DNA from: Hyalangium minutum
GTDB taxonomy: Bacteria; Myxococcota; Myxococcia; Myxococcales; Myxococcaceae
Length of the DNA stretch: 248,000 bases
Assembly (NCBI RefSeq): GCF_000737315.1
Contig: NZ_JMCB01000002.1
Span: 20,001 to 268,000 of the forward strand
Reading direction: 5' to 3'
Shown: piece after piece, positions 41,474 through 53,814 of the stretch
How positions within the stretch are numbered: position 1 is the first letter of the stretch
How the letters are laid out: every line of letters starts with the position of its first letter
The notes under the pieces: model-generated
Seen by the model: the letters and a program-made list of their open reading frames with translations, nothing else
Database searches by the model: none
What the model was told of the DNA's origin: nothing
Made by a program: the position numbers and the translations under genes

Positions 41474-42163
41474 ATGCCTGATTCTCTCACGGTTGCCCCT
41501 ACCTCGGACCCGCGCCGCGTGCGCGCCCCTGACGGAACCCTCCTCTCCCCGCCCTCCGGCTGGGCCTTGCTGCCTCCCGGAGACGCCGGGCTCACGCGGC
41601 GGGTGAAGGCCGCCGGCCCGAGCTGGACGGTGGTGGAGAAGAAGGGCCGCAAGACGTTCTCCCAGGGCATCTGGGCCCCCGAGGCCCACATCTCCGCCGC
41701 CCGCGCCGCGCTCGAGGCCGAGCGTGCCACCCCCGCCTACGCCAAGCGCCGCGCCTCGGATGCCGCCCGCCGCGAGCGCGAGCAGGCCGAGTACGAGGTG
41801 GACTTCGCCAACTCCGTGCTGCGCTTCCTCGCCTTCGCGCCCACTTTCACCGCGCACGCCAAGCGGCTGGCCGTCCTGGTGTCGGTCCACGCCACCCCCG
41901 TGGGCAGTGGCACCGTGGCGCGCACCGAGCGCATCCCCATCGAGCGCCGCGCCGAGGCCGCCGTCATCGCCTGGCTGCGCCACCAGACCACCCGCTATGA
42001 CGACATGAGCATCGCCCGGGTGAAGGGCGCCCGCCGCGAGGTGCGCCGCGAGCTGGCCGAGGTGTCTCGTGCCCTGCTCGACGTGCACCGCCGGGATGCG
42101 CCTCACCCCGCCGCGAGCTGCCCCCTGTGCACCGCCATCGAGAACCCTCGCAAGCCGGAGTAG
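41474..42163 (+). CDS. DUF2293-like protein
   Basis: GSGTVART, AVIAWLRHQTTRYD. Confidence 0.7.
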   Translation: MPDSLTVAPTSDPRRVRAPDGTLLSPPSGWALLPPGDAGLTRRVKAAGPSWTVVEKKGRKTFSQGIWAPEAHISAARAALEAERATPAYAKRRASDAARREREQAEYEVDFANSVLRFLAFAPTFTAHAKRLAVLVSVHATPVGSGTVARTERIPIERRAEAAVIAWLRHQTTRYDDMSIARVKGARREVRRELAEVSRALLDVHRRDAPHPAASCPLCTAIENPRKPE

Positions 42164-42353
42164 CAGCTTCAGCGGAAAGGTGTGTCTGACTGGAAACGGG
42201 TTCCTCCGTTGCGGGCGGGCGTGCGTCCAGGGGCCCGCGTGGCCGAGTGCCCTGGCCCGTGGCGAAGGGCGGTGAGATCCGGGACCCCCCACCTTGGCGA
42301 TGCCCTACCTACCAGGGTACGAAGGGGCCGCACTCGCACGCTTTGAGGAAACC

Positions 42354-43463
42354 ATGACGCCCTTCAGGACTCCGTCCGTTGCCCGCGTTCTTGCCGCTGC
42401 CGTGGCCCTGGGCTCGGCCCTCTCGCTGTCCGCATGTGGCAAGGCGGAGGCCGCGGAGCAGGCACCCGCCACGGGCGCCGCGGCGGCTGTCCCGGTGGTG
42501 AAGCTCACCGAGTCCCGCACCGCGCAGGCCACTCCGAGCGAGGAGGTGACGGGCACCCTCTATCCCTCCCAGGCGCTGCAGGTGGGCTTCGAGGTGGGCG
42601 GCCGGCTGGAGACGGTGCTGGTGAAGAAGGGGCAGGCGGTGAAGAAGGGCCAGGTGCTGGCCACGCTCAATGGGGAGATCGCCGACGCCCAGGTGGCGCA
42701 GGCCGAGGCCGCCGTGGCCGCCGCCGAGGCCGGTGCCGCCATCGCCGAGGACGTGGCCACCCGCACCTCGAAGCTTCAGGAGGCGGGCGGCGTGAGCGAG
42801 CTGCAGAACCGCACCTCCACCACCACCGCGCAGCAGGCCAAGGCGCAGGTGCTGGCCGCCAAGGCGCAGCTGTCGCAGGCCCGCGCGGCCCGCCGCCGCC
42901 ACGAGCTCAAGGCTCCCTTCGCCGGTACCCTCATCGACGCGCCCGAGCAGGTGGGCGCCACGGTGGCCCCGGGCGTGCCGCTGTTCACCCTGGAGTCGCT
43001 GGAGACGCTGGTGCTCAAGACGACGGTGGCCCAGCCGGTGCGCGGCGTGCTCAAGCCGGGCAGCAAGGTCCGCGTGGAGGCCGTGGGCGCGGGCACCTCC
43101 ACGGATGCCGCCGCGGTGAGCCTCATCCTCCCCTCCGCGGATCCGGCCACCCGCCGCATCCCCGTGGAGATCACCGTGCCCAACGCGGACGGCCGCTTCG
43201 TGGCCCACACGCTGGCCAAGGCCGTGCTCACCGTGGGCGAGCTGCAGGACGTGCACGTGCTCCCTGTCTCCGCGGTCTCCGCGGCCAACGGGGGGGATCA
43301 TGTCTACGTGGTGTCCTCCGCGGGCGAGGTGCGCCGCGTGGACGTGCAGATCATCGAGCGCCGGGCCCGCGAGGTGGTGGTGAAGGCCGCCTCGCCGCTG
43401 TCCAAGGTGATCGACTACCCCACCGCGGGCCTCCAGGACGGGGCCCGTGTCTCCGTGAAGTAG
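42354..43463 (+). CDS. RND efflux membrane fusion protein
   Basis: Lipobox, hairpin coiled coil, APFAG. Confidence 0.9.
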   Translation: MTPFRTPSVARVLAAAVALGSALSLSACGKAEAAEQAPATGAAAAVPVVKLTESRTAQATPSEEVTGTLYPSQALQVGFEVGGRLETVLVKKGQAVKKGQVLATLNGEIADAQVAQAEAAVAAAEAGAAIAEDVATRTSKLQEAGGVSELQNRTSTTTAQQAKAQVLAAKAQLSQARAARRRHELKAPFAGTLIDAPEQVGATVAPGVPLFTLESLETLVLKTTVAQPVRGVLKPGSKVRVEAVGAGTSTDAAAVSLILPSADPATRRIPVEITVPNADGRFVAHTLAKAVLTVGELQDVHVLPVSAVSAANGGDHVYVVSSAGEVRRVDVQIIERRAREVVVKAASPLSKVIDYPTAGLQDGARVSVK

Positions 43464-43505
43464 GCCGCTGCTCTTCCGTTCCCTCGCAGCCTTCGCGAGC
43501 CTCCC

Positions 43506-46500
43506 ATGCTCCTGAGTGATGTCTCCATCCGCCGGCCCGTCTTCACGGGCATGATGTGCCTGTGCCTCACTGTCCTAGGGTTGATGGGGTTCAACCGCCT
43601 GGGGACGGATCTCTACCCGGAGATGGCGTTCCCCTTCGTGGTGGTCAACACCGTCTACCCAGGCGCGGGGCCAGGCGAAATCGAGACTCAGGTCATCAAG
43701 CCCATCGAGGACGCGGTGGCCGGCATCAGCGGCGTGGAGACCATCCACTCCTGGAGCCGCGAGAACTTGGGCACGGTGGCGGTGCAGTTCTCGCTGAACG
43801 TGGAGCTGGACGCCTCGGTGCAGGAGGTGCGCGACAAAGTGGCCAACGTGGCCAACGAGCTACCCCTGGACGCGGAGGCGCCCGTGGTCAGCGCCGTGGA
43901 CATCGGGGCCATCCCGATCCTCACGTACACCGTGTCCGCCGAGCTGCCCTCCCAGGAGCTGCGCAAGCTCGTCGAAGATCGCATCAAGCCGGCGCTGGCT
44001 CAGTTGGAGGGTGCCGCCGAGGTGCGCATCACCGGCGGTGACGTGCGGGAGATCCAGGTGGACATCGACCTGGAGAAGGCCAAGGCCCTGGGCGTGACGC
44101 CCATCGAGATTGCCCAGCGCATTGGCATGGAGAACCTGAACTTGCCGGCGGGCCGGCTGCAGCTGGCAGCCACCGAGCTGACGGTGCGCGCGCTCGGGCA
44201 GTTCCGCAACGTGGAGGAGCTGCGCGCCCTGCCCGTGGCCAAGAGCCGCAACGGCGCGCAGGTGCGCCTGGACGAGGTGGCCACGGTGACCGACGGGGTG
44301 GCCGAGCGCCGCACCACGGCGCGCCTCAACAGCCGTGACGCCATCATCGTCGAGCTGGTGAAGCAGCCGGGCGCCAACACGGTGAAGGTGAGCGACCAGG
44401 TGAAGAAGAAGCTGGAGGAAATCTCTCCCTTCATCGGCCATGGCTTCAAGGCCACGCTGCTCATCGACCAGTCGGGGCTCATCCGCGAGAACGCCAAGGA
44501 GGTGTGGATCGCCCTCGTCTTCGGTGGCGCCATGGCGGTGCTCATCATCCTGTGCTTCCTGCTGGACCTGCGCGGCACCCTCATCTCGTCGCTGGCGCTG
44601 CCCACCTCCGTGGTGGGCACCTTCTTCGTGATGTACCTGCTGGGCTACACGCTCAACCAGATGACGCTGCTGGCGCTGTCGCTGGCCATCGGCCTGCTCA
44701 TCGACGACGCGGTGGTGGTGCGCGAGGCCATCACCCACCGGCTGGAGAAGGGCGAGGAGCCGATGTCCGCCGCCTCGAACGGCACCAAGGACGTGGGCCT
44801 GGCGGTGCTGGCGACCACCTTCTCGCTCATCGCGGTGTTCGTCCCCGTGGGCTTCATGCCGGGCCTGGTGGGCCAGTTCTTCAAGCAGTTCGGCCTCACC
44901 ATCTCCGTAGCGGTGCTCGTCTCCCTGTTCATCTCCTTCACGCTGGACCCGGCGCTGTCGGCCCGGTTCGCCAAGGCGCGCAAGCCCGGCGAGGTGCACC
45001 GTCACGGCGCGGTGGCGTCCGCCATCCGCAACGTGCTGGATGGCTCCGAGCGCCTCTACGCGCGCATCCTGGGCTGGGTGCTGTCCAACAAGTGGAAGAC
45101 GATAGGCATCACCCTGCTGGTGGTGGTGGGCTCGTTCGCCGCTGCCAGCCGCCTGGGCATGGAGAACCTGCCGGCGGAGGACCGCTCGCAGTTCCTCGTG
45201 GACCTGCAGCTGCCGGACTCGGCCAGCCTGGCGGAGACGGAGGCGCGCACCGCCCAGGCCGAGGCGCTCATCCAGCGCGTCTCCGACGTGAACGACCTCT
45301 ACAGCATCGTCGGTCTCAACGGCGACGTGTACAAGGCGCGCATCCGCGTGCTCACCCAGCCCAAGGCGGCGCGCAAGCGGAGCCTCCAGGACATCAAGGA
45401 GGAGGTGCGCGGGCTGCTGACGTCCGGGCTCATCGCCACGCAGGTGAACATGTCGGATCCGCCCATGATCGAGGGGCTCGGAGACTGGTACCCCATCATG
45501 CTGCGCGTCACCGGCCCGGATCTGGCCGTGGTGAACGCGGAGGCCCAGCGCGTGGCGCAGACCCTGCGGGAGATTCCGGGCACCTCGGACATCCGCGTGG
45601 AGGCCAACCCCTCCAAGCCCGAGCTGCAGATCCAGATTGACCGGGCGCGCTCCTCGGACGCGGACCTGAGCGCCGCGAACCTGGCCACGCAGCTCCGGCT
45701 GGCCATTGGCGGAGAAGTGGCGGCCAAGCTGCGCGAGGGCACGGACGAGACGGACATCCGCGTGCGGTTGGAGGAGCAGGACCGGGCCACGCCCGAGAAG
45801 GTGCGGCAAATCGAGGTGTACACCCCGCGCGGCCCGCGGCCGGTGACGGACGTGGCAGAGGTGAGCCTGAAGGACGGGCCGAGCGTCATCGAGCATGAGA
45901 ACCGCCAGCGGACGATCGCCGTCATCTCTCAGGTGGCCCCGGGCGCGGCGCTGGGAGACATCGCCACGAAGCTCCGGGCGGCCATGGCGGCCAAGCCTCT
46001 GTCGGCGGGCTACACCCTCATCTACGACGGCCAGATCAAGAGCCTGGACGAGCAGACTGCGGCCTTCGGCTCGGCCCTGGGGCTCTCGTTCATCTTCATC
46101 TTCATGGTGCTGGCCAGCCAGTTCGAGTCCCTCAAGCACCCCTTCACCATCATGGTGGCGCTGCCGCTGGCGCTGGTGGGCGCGCTGCTGGCGCTGGTGG
46201 TGACGGGCAACCACATGTCCATGGGCGCGACCATTGGCATCATCCTGCTGATGGGCCTGGTGACGAAGAACGCCATCCTCCTGGTGGACGCGGCACTGCA
46301 GAACCTGCGCGCCGGGGACAGCGTGGACGAGGCGCTGCTGAAGGCGGGCCCGCGGCGCCTGCGGCCCATCCTCATGACGAGCGCGGCCATGGTCATCGCC
46401 ATGGTGCCCACGGCGGTGGGCACGGGCCTGGGCTCGGAGTTCCGCTCGGCCATGGCCATCGCGGTCATCGGTGGCGTCATCACCTCCACCTTCCTCACGC

Positions 46501-46640
46501 TGCTGGTGGTGCCGGTGGTGTTCGCGGGCCTGGAGCGCGTGGGCTTCCGCCGCAAGCCACGCAGCGGGTCCGGGGGAGGGGTGACACAGGCCGCGCAGGT
46601 GACGCACGTCTCGCCCCAGTCGGACGACAAGGCCGCCTGA
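43506..46640 (+). CDS. RND efflux permease (AcrB family)
   Basis: [18 protein letters not shown]. Confidence 0.95.
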   Translation: MLLSDVSIRRPVFTGMMCLCLTVLGLMGFNRLGTDLYPEMAFPFVVVNTVYPGAGPGEIETQVIKPIEDAVAGISGVETIHSWSRENLGTVAVQFSLNVELDASVQEVRDKVANVANELPLDAEAPVVSAVDIGAIPILTYTVSAELPSQELRKLVEDRIKPALAQLEGAAEVRITGGDVREIQVDIDLEKAKALGVTPIEIAQRIGMENLNLPAGRLQLAATELTVRALGQFRNVEELRALPVAKSRNGAQVRLDEVATVTDGVAERRTTARLNSRDAIIVELVKQPGANTVKVSDQVKKKLEEISPFIGHGFKATLLIDQSGLIRENAKEVWIALVFGGAMAVLIILCFLLDLRGTLISSLALPTSVVGTFFVMYLLGYTLNQMTLLALSLAIGLLIDDAVVVREAITHRLEKGEEPMSAASNGTKDVGLAVLATTFSLIAVFVPVGFMPGLVGQFFKQFGLTISVAVLVSLFISFTLDPALSARFAKARKPGEVHRHGAVASAIRNVLDGSERLYARILGWVLSNKWKTIGITLLVVVGSFAAASRLGMENLPAEDRSQFLVDLQLPDSASLAETEARTAQAEALIQRVSDVNDLYSIVGLNGDVYKARIRVLTQPKAARKRSLQDIKEEVRGLLTSGLIATQVNMSDPPMIEGLGDWYPIMLRVTGPDLAVVNAEAQRVAQTLREIPGTSDIRVEANPSKPELQIQIDRARSSDADLSAANLATQLRLAIGGEVAAKLREGTDETDIRVRLEEQDRATPEKVRQIEVYTPRGPRPVTDVAEVSLKDGPSVIEHENRQRTIAVISQVAPGAALGDIATKLRAAMAAKPLSAGYTLIYDGQIKSLDEQTAAFGSALGLSFIFIFMVLASQFESLKHPFTIMVALPLALVGALLALVVTGNHMSMGATIGIILLMGLVTKNAILLVDAALQNLRAGDSVDEALLKAGPRRLRPILMTSAAMVIAMVPTAVGTGLGSEFRSAMAIAVIGGVITSTFLTLLVVPVVFAGLERVGFRRKPRSGSGGGVTQAAQVTHVSPQSDDKAA

Positions 46641-46682
46641 GCCGGCCGGTCCGCCTCGGGCGCTGTGAGACGCCGCTCTGCC

Positions 46683-47432
46683 TCAGCCCGGGTAGAGCGG
46701 CGTCATCTTGTCGAGGATGGAGTTGAACAGGCGCTGGCCCTCCGGCGTGTCCGGGCACAGCCCGCCCCAGACGAGCGTGGTGCGATCGGCCATCGGCCGG
46801 AAGTACATCTTCCCGCGCATCCGCACGGGCTCGTAGCTCTCGCGCTGCTCGGAGAGGAAGCTCTCCTCGGGCACTCCGAAGACGGCGTAGTAGGTGAGGT
46901 CCGGCGTCACCGCGTCCTTCAGCCGGTGCAGGCCGCTGGGGATGATGCAGGCCACCTCGGCGGTGTGCCAGGGGCCCTCCTTGCCGCTGGTGGCCTCCTC
47001 CACGCGGAAGCACATCCGCGAGGGCGGGCAGCCCAGGTTGCCCGCGGTGAGGAAGTTGTAGTCCAGCCACGGCACCTCGAGCATCTCGTCCAGGTTGGGG
47101 CGCCCATCCCGGCGGAACCCCCACGGGCTCCCGTCCGGCTTGTACGCGCGCACCCCGTAGGCGCCGTAGAAGACGTTGTACCAGGGGCTTGCGGGGTCAA
47201 AGTAGCTGGAGCAGCCCCGGCCGTCGGTGAAGTCTCCGATGGAGAAGACCACTATCAAGTCAAACAGCCGCCGCAAGTCCTCGGCCATGAAGGGCTCATG
47301 GCCCACCGCGCCAATGGAACCTGTCAGGTGGGGAACAGGCGTGAGCACTCCTGAGTCGGCCAGGAAGTTCTTCTGGCCCGGCAGCGGCGTGGCGCGCAAG
47401 GCCATGGCGGCCAGCTCTCTTTGAAGACCCAT
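46683..47432 (-). CDS. hypothetical protein
   Basis: Globular-looking ORF; start approximate. Confidence 0.5.
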   Translation of the reverse strand: MGLQRELAAMALRATPLPGQKNFLADSGVLTPVPHLTGSIGAVGHEPFMAEDLRRLFDLIVVFSIGDFTDGRGCSSYFDPASPWYNVFYGAYGVRAYKPDGSPWGFRRDGRPNLDEMLEVPWLDYNFLTAGNLGCPPSRMCFRVEEATSGKEGPWHTAEVACIIPSGLHRLKDAVTPDLTYYAVFGVPEESFLSEQRESYEPVRMRGKMYFRPMADRTTLVWGGLCPDTPEGQRLFNSILDKMTPLYPG

Positions 47433-47474
47433 GAGACCCTCCAGGAAGCGAGCGGACGAGGGTAAACTACTCGC

Positions 47475-48026
47475 ATGCAGGAGAAGCTGGTCTTCGATCA
47501 GACCCTCGAAGGTCTGTTCGTCCGAGGACTGGACGGCCGGGTGACCCCAACACTCAAGCTGCACTTGAGGGAGGTGGGAGTGGACCTCGACCGCAAGCTT
47601 CTGCCTGCCTACCCCTTCGAGACGTGGTGCTCCTGTGTGCGTGTAGCTGCGCAAACGCTGTATGCGGAGACGCCCCAGGAAGAGGCCTACCGCGAGCTGG
47701 GGGAGCGGATGGTGGACGGCTACCGGGGGACGATGATGGGGCGGGCGCTGTTCAGCGTGCTCCAGCTGCTGGGCCCCCGGCGGGTGCTGAGCCGGGTGCA
47801 GCAGAGCTTCCGCTCGGGAAACAACTACACGGAGGTTCGCACCGAGGACTTGGGCCCGACTCACCTGCGGCTGTGGGTGAACGAGGCCGGGCCCACCCGC
47901 TATTTGATGCAGGGCGCCATCCTGGCGGGCATGCGAGGGTGTGGCGTCCAGGAAGCCCAGGTGCGGGTGCGCGGCTTCACCGCCGAGGACGTCACCTTCG
48001 AGGTGGAGTGGCGGGAGAAGGGCTGA
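47475..48026 (+). CDS. DUF2378 family protein
   Basis: QTLEGLFVRGL, SFRSGNNY. Confidence 0.8.
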   Translation: MQEKLVFDQTLEGLFVRGLDGRVTPTLKLHLREVGVDLDRKLLPAYPFETWCSCVRVAAQTLYAETPQEEAYRELGERMVDGYRGTMMGRALFSVLQLLGPRRVLSRVQQSFRSGNNYTEVRTEDLGPTHLRLWVNEAGPTRYLMQGAILAGMRGCGVQEAQVRVRGFTAEDVTFEVEWREKG

Positions 48027-48133
48027 GCCTGGCCCCTCGTGCAGCAGGCGACGTGGCGTGAACTCTTCAGGGGCCGTTGAGAGGGCGCGGTGATAAGGAC
48101 CTTCTGACTGTTCTCTGGAGTCAGGCCTATCCC

Positions 48134-51100
48134 ATGTCCAGGATGATGTCCGTGCGGGGTTACCCCGCCCTCTCCCAGTTCCGCAGGGACAAGCTGCTCG
48201 CCCTGTGCCGCGAGCACGTGCCCGAGGCGGCCTCCGTCTACGCGGAGTACATGCACTTCATCGACACCTCGTCCGAGATGTCCGAGGACGAGAAGTCCGT
48301 GCTGTACCGCCTGCTCGAGTATGGCCCGCGCATTCCGCAGGGCGTGTGGACAGGCAGCCGGCTCATCGTCATTCCGCGGCCCGGGACGATGACGCCCTGG
48401 TCCTCGAAGGCGACGGACATCGCGCGGAGCTGTGGCCTGGAGCGGGTGAAGCGCATCGAGCGAGGGCTGTGTTTCTTCGTCCATGACAGCGAGGAAGGCC
48501 CGCTGACGCGCGAGCAGATGGAGCGCCTGAAGCACGTGCTGTACGACCGGATGACGCAGACGGTGATCTGGCGGATGGAGGATGCCGCGCAGCTCTTCGC
48601 TGATCACCCGCAGCGGCCGCTCTCCACGGTGGACGTGCTGGGAGGAGGCCGGCCCGCGCTGGTGGCGGCCAACCAGGAGCTGGGGCTGGCGCTGGCGGAC
48701 GACGAGGTGGACTACCTGGTGGCGCGCTTCGGCGAGCTGAAGCGGAACCCCACGGACGTCGAGCTGATGATGTTCGCGCAGGCGAACAGCGAGCACTGCC
48801 GGCACAAGATCTTCAACGCGAGCTGGACCATCGATGGCAAGCCGCAGGAGCGCTCGCTGTTCCAGGCCATCAAGAACACGTACGCGGCGCACAGCGAAGG
48901 CGTGCTGTCGGCGTACAAGGACAACGCGGCGGTGATCCAGGGTGTGGAGGCGGAGCGCTTCTTCCCGGATCCGGAGACGGGCGAGTGGCGTTCACGGCGT
49001 GAGCCCACGCACGTGCTGATGAAGGTGGAGACGCACAACCACCCGACGGCCATCTCTCCGTATCCGGGGGCGGCGACGGGAGCGGGCGGGGAGATCCGCG
49101 ACGAGGGCGCCACGGGGCGGGGCGCGAAGCCGAAGGCGGGGCTCACGGGCTTCTCGGTGTCGCACCTGCGCATTCCGGGCTACGAGCGGCCCTGGGAGAA
49201 GGCCTACGGCAAGCCGGTGCGGATTGTCTCCGCGCTGGACATCATGCTGGAGGGGCCGATTGGCGGGGCGGCGTACAACAACGAGTTCGGTCGGCCGAAC
49301 TTGTGCGGCTACTTCCGCAGCTTCGAGGCGCAGGTGTCCACGCCGGAGGGTATGGAGGTGCGCGGGTACCACAAGCCCATCATGATTGCGGGCGGCCTGG
49401 GCAACATCCGGCCGCAGCACGTGCAGAAGGGGAAGCTGCGGGCGGGGGACAAGATCGTCGTGCTCGGCGGGCCGGCGATGCTGATTGGCCTGGGCGGAGG
49501 GGCGGCCTCGTCCATGGCGCAGGGCTCGAGCGCGGCGGACCTGGACTTCGCCTCGGTGCAGCGGGACAACGCGGAGATGGAGCGGCGGTGCCAGGAGGTG
49601 ATCGACCGCTGCTGGGCGCTGGGGGAGCTGAACCCCATCCGGTCCATCCACGACGTGGGGGCAGGCGGTCTGTCGAACGCGGTGCCCGAGCTGGTGCACG
49701 ACAACGCGCTGGGCGGGCACTTCGAGCTGCGGGCAATTCCGAACGCGGAGCCGGGGATGTCCCCGGTGGAGATTTGGTGCAACGAGGCGCAGGAGCGCTA
49801 CGTGCTGGCGGTGGCGCCGGAGGACCTGGAGCGCTTCGCGGCGCTGTGTGAGCGGGAGCGCGCGCCGTACGCGGTGCTGGGAGAGGCCACGGCGGAGCAG
49901 GCGCTGAAGCTGGGGGACTGGCACTTCGGCAATACGCCGATCAACCTGCCGATGGACGTGCTGTTCGGCAAGCCGCCGAAGATGCACCGGGACGTGAAGT
50001 CTCGGCCGCTGACGCACGTGCCGGTGAGGCTGGACGGAGCGGAGCTGGGGGACATGGTAGCGCGGGTGCTGGAGCACCCGACGGTGGCGGACAAGTCGTT
50101 CCTCGTCACGATTGGGGATCGGACGGTGTCGGGGCAGACGGCGCGGGATCAGATGGTGGGCCCGTGGCAGGTGCCGGTGGCGGACTGCGCGGTGACGGCG
50201 ACGACCATCACCAGCCACACGGGCGAGGCCATGGCAATGGGAGAGCGGACGCCGCTGGCGCTCATCAGCGCGGCGGCCTCGGCGCGGATGGCGGTGGGCG
50301 AGGCGGTGACGAACATCGCGGCGGCGCGCATCGAGAAGCTGTCGGACGTGAAGCTGTCGGCGAACTGGATGGCGGCGGCGGGGAGCCCGGGCGAGGACGC
50401 GAACCTCTACGCTGCGGTGCACGCGGTGGGGATGGAGCTGTGTCCGTCGCTGGGGCTGACCATTCCGGTAGGCAAGGACTCGATGTCCATGCGCACGGCG
50501 TGGGAGGAGAAGGGTGGACGCAAGGCGGTGGTGGCGCCGGTGTCGCTCATCGTCTCGGCGTTCGCGCCGGTGGTGGACGTGCGGCAGTCGTTGACGCCGC
50601 AGCTGCGCGAGCCGGCTGGAGACACGCGGCTGCTCTTCATCGACTTGGCGAAGGGGCGGCAGCGGCTGGGTGGCTCGGTGCTGGCGCAGGTCTACGAGCA
50701 GGTGGGGGCGGAGTGCCCGGACGTGGAGGATCCGGCGCTGCTGCGAGGGTTCTTCGCGGCGCTGCAGGAGCTGAACGCGGCGGGGCGGGTGCTGGCGTAC
50801 CACGACCGCTCGGATGGAGGTCTGCTGGCGACGCTGGCGGAGATGGCGTTCGCGGGCCACTGCGGGCTGGACGTGGACGTGGCGGCGCTCGGAGGGGAGG
50901 CTCCTGCGGCTCTCTTCAACGAGGAACTGGGAGCGGTGCTGCAGGTGCGCGCGGCGGACGTGGGGAGCGTGCGCGAGGTGCTGGTGCGGCACGGGGCGCT
51001 GGTGCACGAGCTGGGGCGGCCTCGGGCGGAGCTGGAGGTGCGGCTGCGGCAGGGCGGGAAGACGCTGCTCGAGGTGCCGACGATGGCGCTGCGGCATTAC

Positions 51101-52036
51101 TGGTCGCGCGTCAGCTACGAGATGCAGAAGCTGCGGGACAACCCGCGCTGCGCGGAGGAGGAGTACGCGGCGAAGTGCGACCCGGACGATCCGGGCCTGT
51201 CGCCGAAGCTCACGTTCGATCCGAAGGAGGACGTCGCGGCGCCGTACATTGCCAAGGGGGCGAAGCCTCGGGTGGCAGTGCTGCGTGAGCAGGGTGTGAA
51301 CAGCCAGATGGAGATGGCGGCGGCGTTCACGCGTGCGGGCTTTGCGGCGGTGGACGTGCACATGAGCGACGTGCTGGCCGGGCGCGTGTCGCTGAAGGAC
51401 TTCAAGGGCGTGCTGGCGTGCGGAGGGTTCTCCTTCGGCGACGTGCTGGGAGCCGGTGGAGGGTGGGCGAAGTCCATCCTCTTCAACCCCAGGGCGCGGG
51501 ACGAGTTCTCGGCGTTCTTCGCGCGGCCGGACAGCTTCGGGCTGGGCATCTGCAACGGTTGCCAGATGATGGCGCAGCTGAAGGAGATCATCCCGGGAGC
51601 GGATCACTTCCCGCGCTTCGTGAGGAACGCGTCAGAGCAATTCGAAGCGCGGCTGTCCCTGGTGGAGGTAGCGGAGAGCCCCTCGCTGTTCTTCAAGGGG
51701 ATGGCAGGGAGCCGGATGCTGATCGCCGTGTCGCACGGTGAGGGGTTCGCGGAGTTCCCCAACCGGGAGGAGGCGGCACGGGTGAACGGGCTCGGCCTGG
51801 TGACGGCGCGCTTCGTGGACAACCACGGTCAGGTGACGGAGAAGTACCCGGCGAACCCGAACGGCTCACCGTTTGGCCTGTGCGGACTGACGACGGTGGA
51901 CGGGCGTTTCACGCTGATGATGCCGCATCCGGAGCGGGTGCACCGGACGGTGCAGCACTCGTGGCATCCGGACAGCTGGGGCGAGGACGGCCCGTGGATG
52001 CGCCTGTTCCGCAACGCCCGGGCGTGGCTGGGCTAA
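48134..52036 (+). CDS. purL: phosphoribosylformylglycinamidine synthase (large fused form)
   Basis: [30 protein letters not shown]. Confidence 0.97.
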   Translation: MSRMMSVRGYPALSQFRRDKLLALCREHVPEAASVYAEYMHFIDTSSEMSEDEKSVLYRLLEYGPRIPQGVWTGSRLIVIPRPGTMTPWSSKATDIARSCGLERVKRIERGLCFFVHDSEEGPLTREQMERLKHVLYDRMTQTVIWRMEDAAQLFADHPQRPLSTVDVLGGGRPALVAANQELGLALADDEVDYLVARFGELKRNPTDVELMMFAQANSEHCRHKIFNASWTIDGKPQERSLFQAIKNTYAAHSEGVLSAYKDNAAVIQGVEAERFFPDPETGEWRSRREPTHVLMKVETHNHPTAISPYPGAATGAGGEIRDEGATGRGAKPKAGLTGFSVSHLRIPGYERPWEKAYGKPVRIVSALDIMLEGPIGGAAYNNEFGRPNLCGYFRSFEAQVSTPEGMEVRGYHKPIMIAGGLGNIRPQHVQKGKLRAGDKIVVLGGPAMLIGLGGGAASSMAQGSSAADLDFASVQRDNAEMERRCQEVIDRCWALGELNPIRSIHDVGAGGLSNAVPELVHDNALGGHFELRAIPNAEPGMSPVEIWCNEAQERYVLAVAPEDLERFAALCERERAPYAVLGEATAEQALKLGDWHFGNTPINLPMDVLFGKPPKMHRDVKSRPLTHVPVRLDGAELGDMVARVLEHPTVADKSFLVTIGDRTVSGQTARDQMVGPWQVPVADCAVTATTITSHTGEAMAMGERTPLALISAAASARMAVGEAVTNIAAARIEKLSDVKLSANWMAAAGSPGEDANLYAAVHAVGMELCPSLGLTIPVGKDSMSMRTAWEEKGGRKAVVAPVSLIVSAFAPVVDVRQSLTPQLREPAGDTRLLFIDLAKGRQRLGGSVLAQVYEQVGAECPDVEDPALLRGFFAALQELNAAGRVLAYHDRSDGGLLATLAEMAFAGHCGLDVDVAALGGEAPAALFNEELGAVLQVRAADVGSVREVLVRHGALVHELGRPRAELEVRLRQGGKTLLEVPTMALRHYWSRVSYEMQKLRDNPRCAEEEYAAKCDPDDPGLSPKLTFDPKEDVAAPYIAKGAKPRVAVLREQGVNSQMEMAAAFTRAGFAAVDVHMSDVLAGRVSLKDFKGVLACGGFSFGDVLGAGGGWAKSILFNPRARDEFSAFFARPDSFGLGICNGCQMMAQLKEIIPGADHFPRFVRNASEQFEARLSLVEVAESPSLFFKGMAGSRMLIAVSHGEGFAEFPNREEAARVNGLGLVTARFVDNHGQVTEKYPANPNGSPFGLCGLTTVDGRFTLMMPHPERVHRTVQHSWHPDSWGEDGPWMRLFRNARAWLG

Positions 52037-52053
52037 AGGACGGCTTCACGGGC

Positions 52054-52620
52054 TCAGGCCCGGTGGCTGCTCTCGCCCGTCACGACGGCTGAGCCGATCA
52101 GGTGCGCCAGCCGGAGCGGCTCCGGCACGTGCCCCCGATCCGTGACTCGCGCGAGCGCCTCGGCCACCTCGGAGGGCTCCGCTCCCTGCACCTGGAAGGT
52201 GAAGCCGCCTACCTGATGGATGGGGCCCGCCCGCCTCAACAATGCCAGACGTTGCTCTGCGCGGGGCAGTCGCCGCAGGGCTTGCTCCACGGCCGCCAGA
52301 TCCGGCATGCGCCGCATCACCGACACGCACGGACGCTTCAGGCGCGCCGCCAGCGCTGGCAGGTCCACCACGTTGAAGCCACCGAAGGCAATTCCATCCA
52401 GCAACACCAGGTGGAGCTGCGGGAGGAACTTGCCGCCCTCCAGCAGCCGGCACACCTCCTGTGTCGCCGTCCACCCGTCCTTGCGCACCCGTCCCCAGAC
52501 GAGCCCCTCGAAGCGCGTGCCGCTGCACACCACCCCCACCACGGGCACCACGGCACCCGGGCGGCGCTGGAAGGGCGCGTCGTCGAAGCCGATGACACGA
52601 GGCAAGCGGGGCAGTCGCAT
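52054..52620 (-). CDS. DUF99/endonuclease dU-like protein
   Basis: GFDDAPF, LLDGIAFGGFNVVD, PEPLRLAH. Confidence 0.8.
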   Translation of the reverse strand: MRLPRLPRVIGFDDAPFQRRPGAVVPVVGVVCSGTRFEGLVWGRVRKDGWTATQEVCRLLEGGKFLPQLHLVLLDGIAFGGFNVVDLPALAARLKRPCVSVMRRMPDLAAVEQALRRLPRAEQRLALLRRAGPIHQVGGFTFQVQGAEPSEVAEALARVTDRGHVPEPLRLAHLIGSAVVTGESSHRA

Positions 52621-52652
52621 GGAAGGAGTCTGCGCTCTCTCAAAAAAACGGA

Positions 52653-52685
52653 AGCCCGACCACCGAGAAGGGGGCCGGGCTCCGG
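52653..52685 (-). terminator. terminator of cold-shock gene
   Basis: GC hairpin plus U-tract on the minus strand. Confidence 0.6.
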
Positions 52686-52706
52686 AACATCACCTGGGAG
52701 TGCGTC

Positions 52707-52910
52707 TCAGGCGGCGCGGACGTTCTGCGCCTGCAGGCCCTTGGGGCCCTTGGTGACCTCGAACTGCACCTTCTGGCCCTCGGCCAGCGTGCGGAAGCCA
52801 TCCATGTTGATCGCGGTGTGGTGGACGAACACGTCCTCACCTCCGCCATCCTGGGTGATGAAACCGAAGCCCTTCGCGTCGTTGAACCACTTCACAGTAC
52901 CAGTTGCCAT
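52707..52910 (-). CDS. cspA: cold-shock protein
   Basis: [16 protein letters not shown]. Confidence 0.95.
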   Translation of the reverse strand: MATGTVKWFNDAKGFGFITQDGGGEDVFVHHTAINMDGFRTLAEGQKVQFEVTKGPKGLQAQNVRAA

Positions 52911-53158
52911 GAACCTTCTTCTTTCGTTGCAAGGCGGCTTTCACCGCCCTTCATTCATACCCAGCACGCTGGGTGAGCGCTCACGTAGCCCGACTCTCCC
53001 AGAAAGTCGAGAGGGCGGCAGTGGAAGCGTCGAAAAAGAGGAGAGGCTGAACAGCTCTCCGTGAATATTCCAACACCAGAAGCAGGCAGGCACGCGTGGG
53101 TACGCGCGCGGGCGCCGAGTGCATAGCTTGAAGGGCTAAAACCTCTCAGGAGTCTCGG

Positions 53159-53707
53159 ATGGCCGAGCTGAACCCTCTCCAAGACACGCACCCCTCGCGG
53201 GAAAGCCTTTCACGCGCGGTCTCCCAGGCCCTGCGCCACGTTTGGGATCGCAGCGCCGCGGCAGGCATTGTCTCCCAGCCGCTCGCGGGAGGACGGCTGC
53301 CGCTGCGCCGCTGGCTGCCCCAGGGCGCACACTCGCTGCTCGATATCGCGGCGGGGGTGGCGGTGGCGCTCGCGGGACAGCTCTCCGGGGACCGCACAGC
53401 TCAGCGCGTCAGCCGGCTGTTGGGACTGAAGCTCGTGGGCACCACCCTGCTCACGGACAGCCAGGTGACGCTCTCTCGCCTGGTGCCCATCGAGCTGCAC
53501 GAGCTGGTGGACTACGGCTGGGGGCTCGCCACCCTGGCCGCGCCCTTCGTGGGGGGCTACGCGCGCAGGGCTCCTGGGGCCACGGCGGTGCACGTGCTGG
53601 CGGGAACGGCCGTCATCGTCGGCTCGCTCGTCACGGACTATCGCTGCCGCAGCGGCATGCACTTGGGCCACGAGCGCATCACGGATCCGGGGCCTCTCAG
53701 CGCATGA
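53159..53707 (+). CDS. SPW-repeat-like membrane protein (paralog of 218311)
   Basis: IPIELHELVDY-like motif shared with 218311. Confidence 0.55.
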   Translation: MAELNPLQDTHPSRESLSRAVSQALRHVWDRSAAAGIVSQPLAGGRLPLRRWLPQGAHSLLDIAAGVAVALAGQLSGDRTAQRVSRLLGLKLVGTTLLTDSQVTLSRLVPIELHELVDYGWGLATLAAPFVGGYARRAPGATAVHVLAGTAVIVGSLVTDYRCRSGMHLGHERITDPGPLSA

Positions 53708-53814
53708 GCGACCGAGGCGTGAGGCCCTGAAAAGCGAAGCGGCAGGGCACCCGGAGGCACCCTGCCGCTCGTGAAGCTCAGGGAAGCGGGAGCCTCAGGC
53801 CCCCGCTCTCGGGA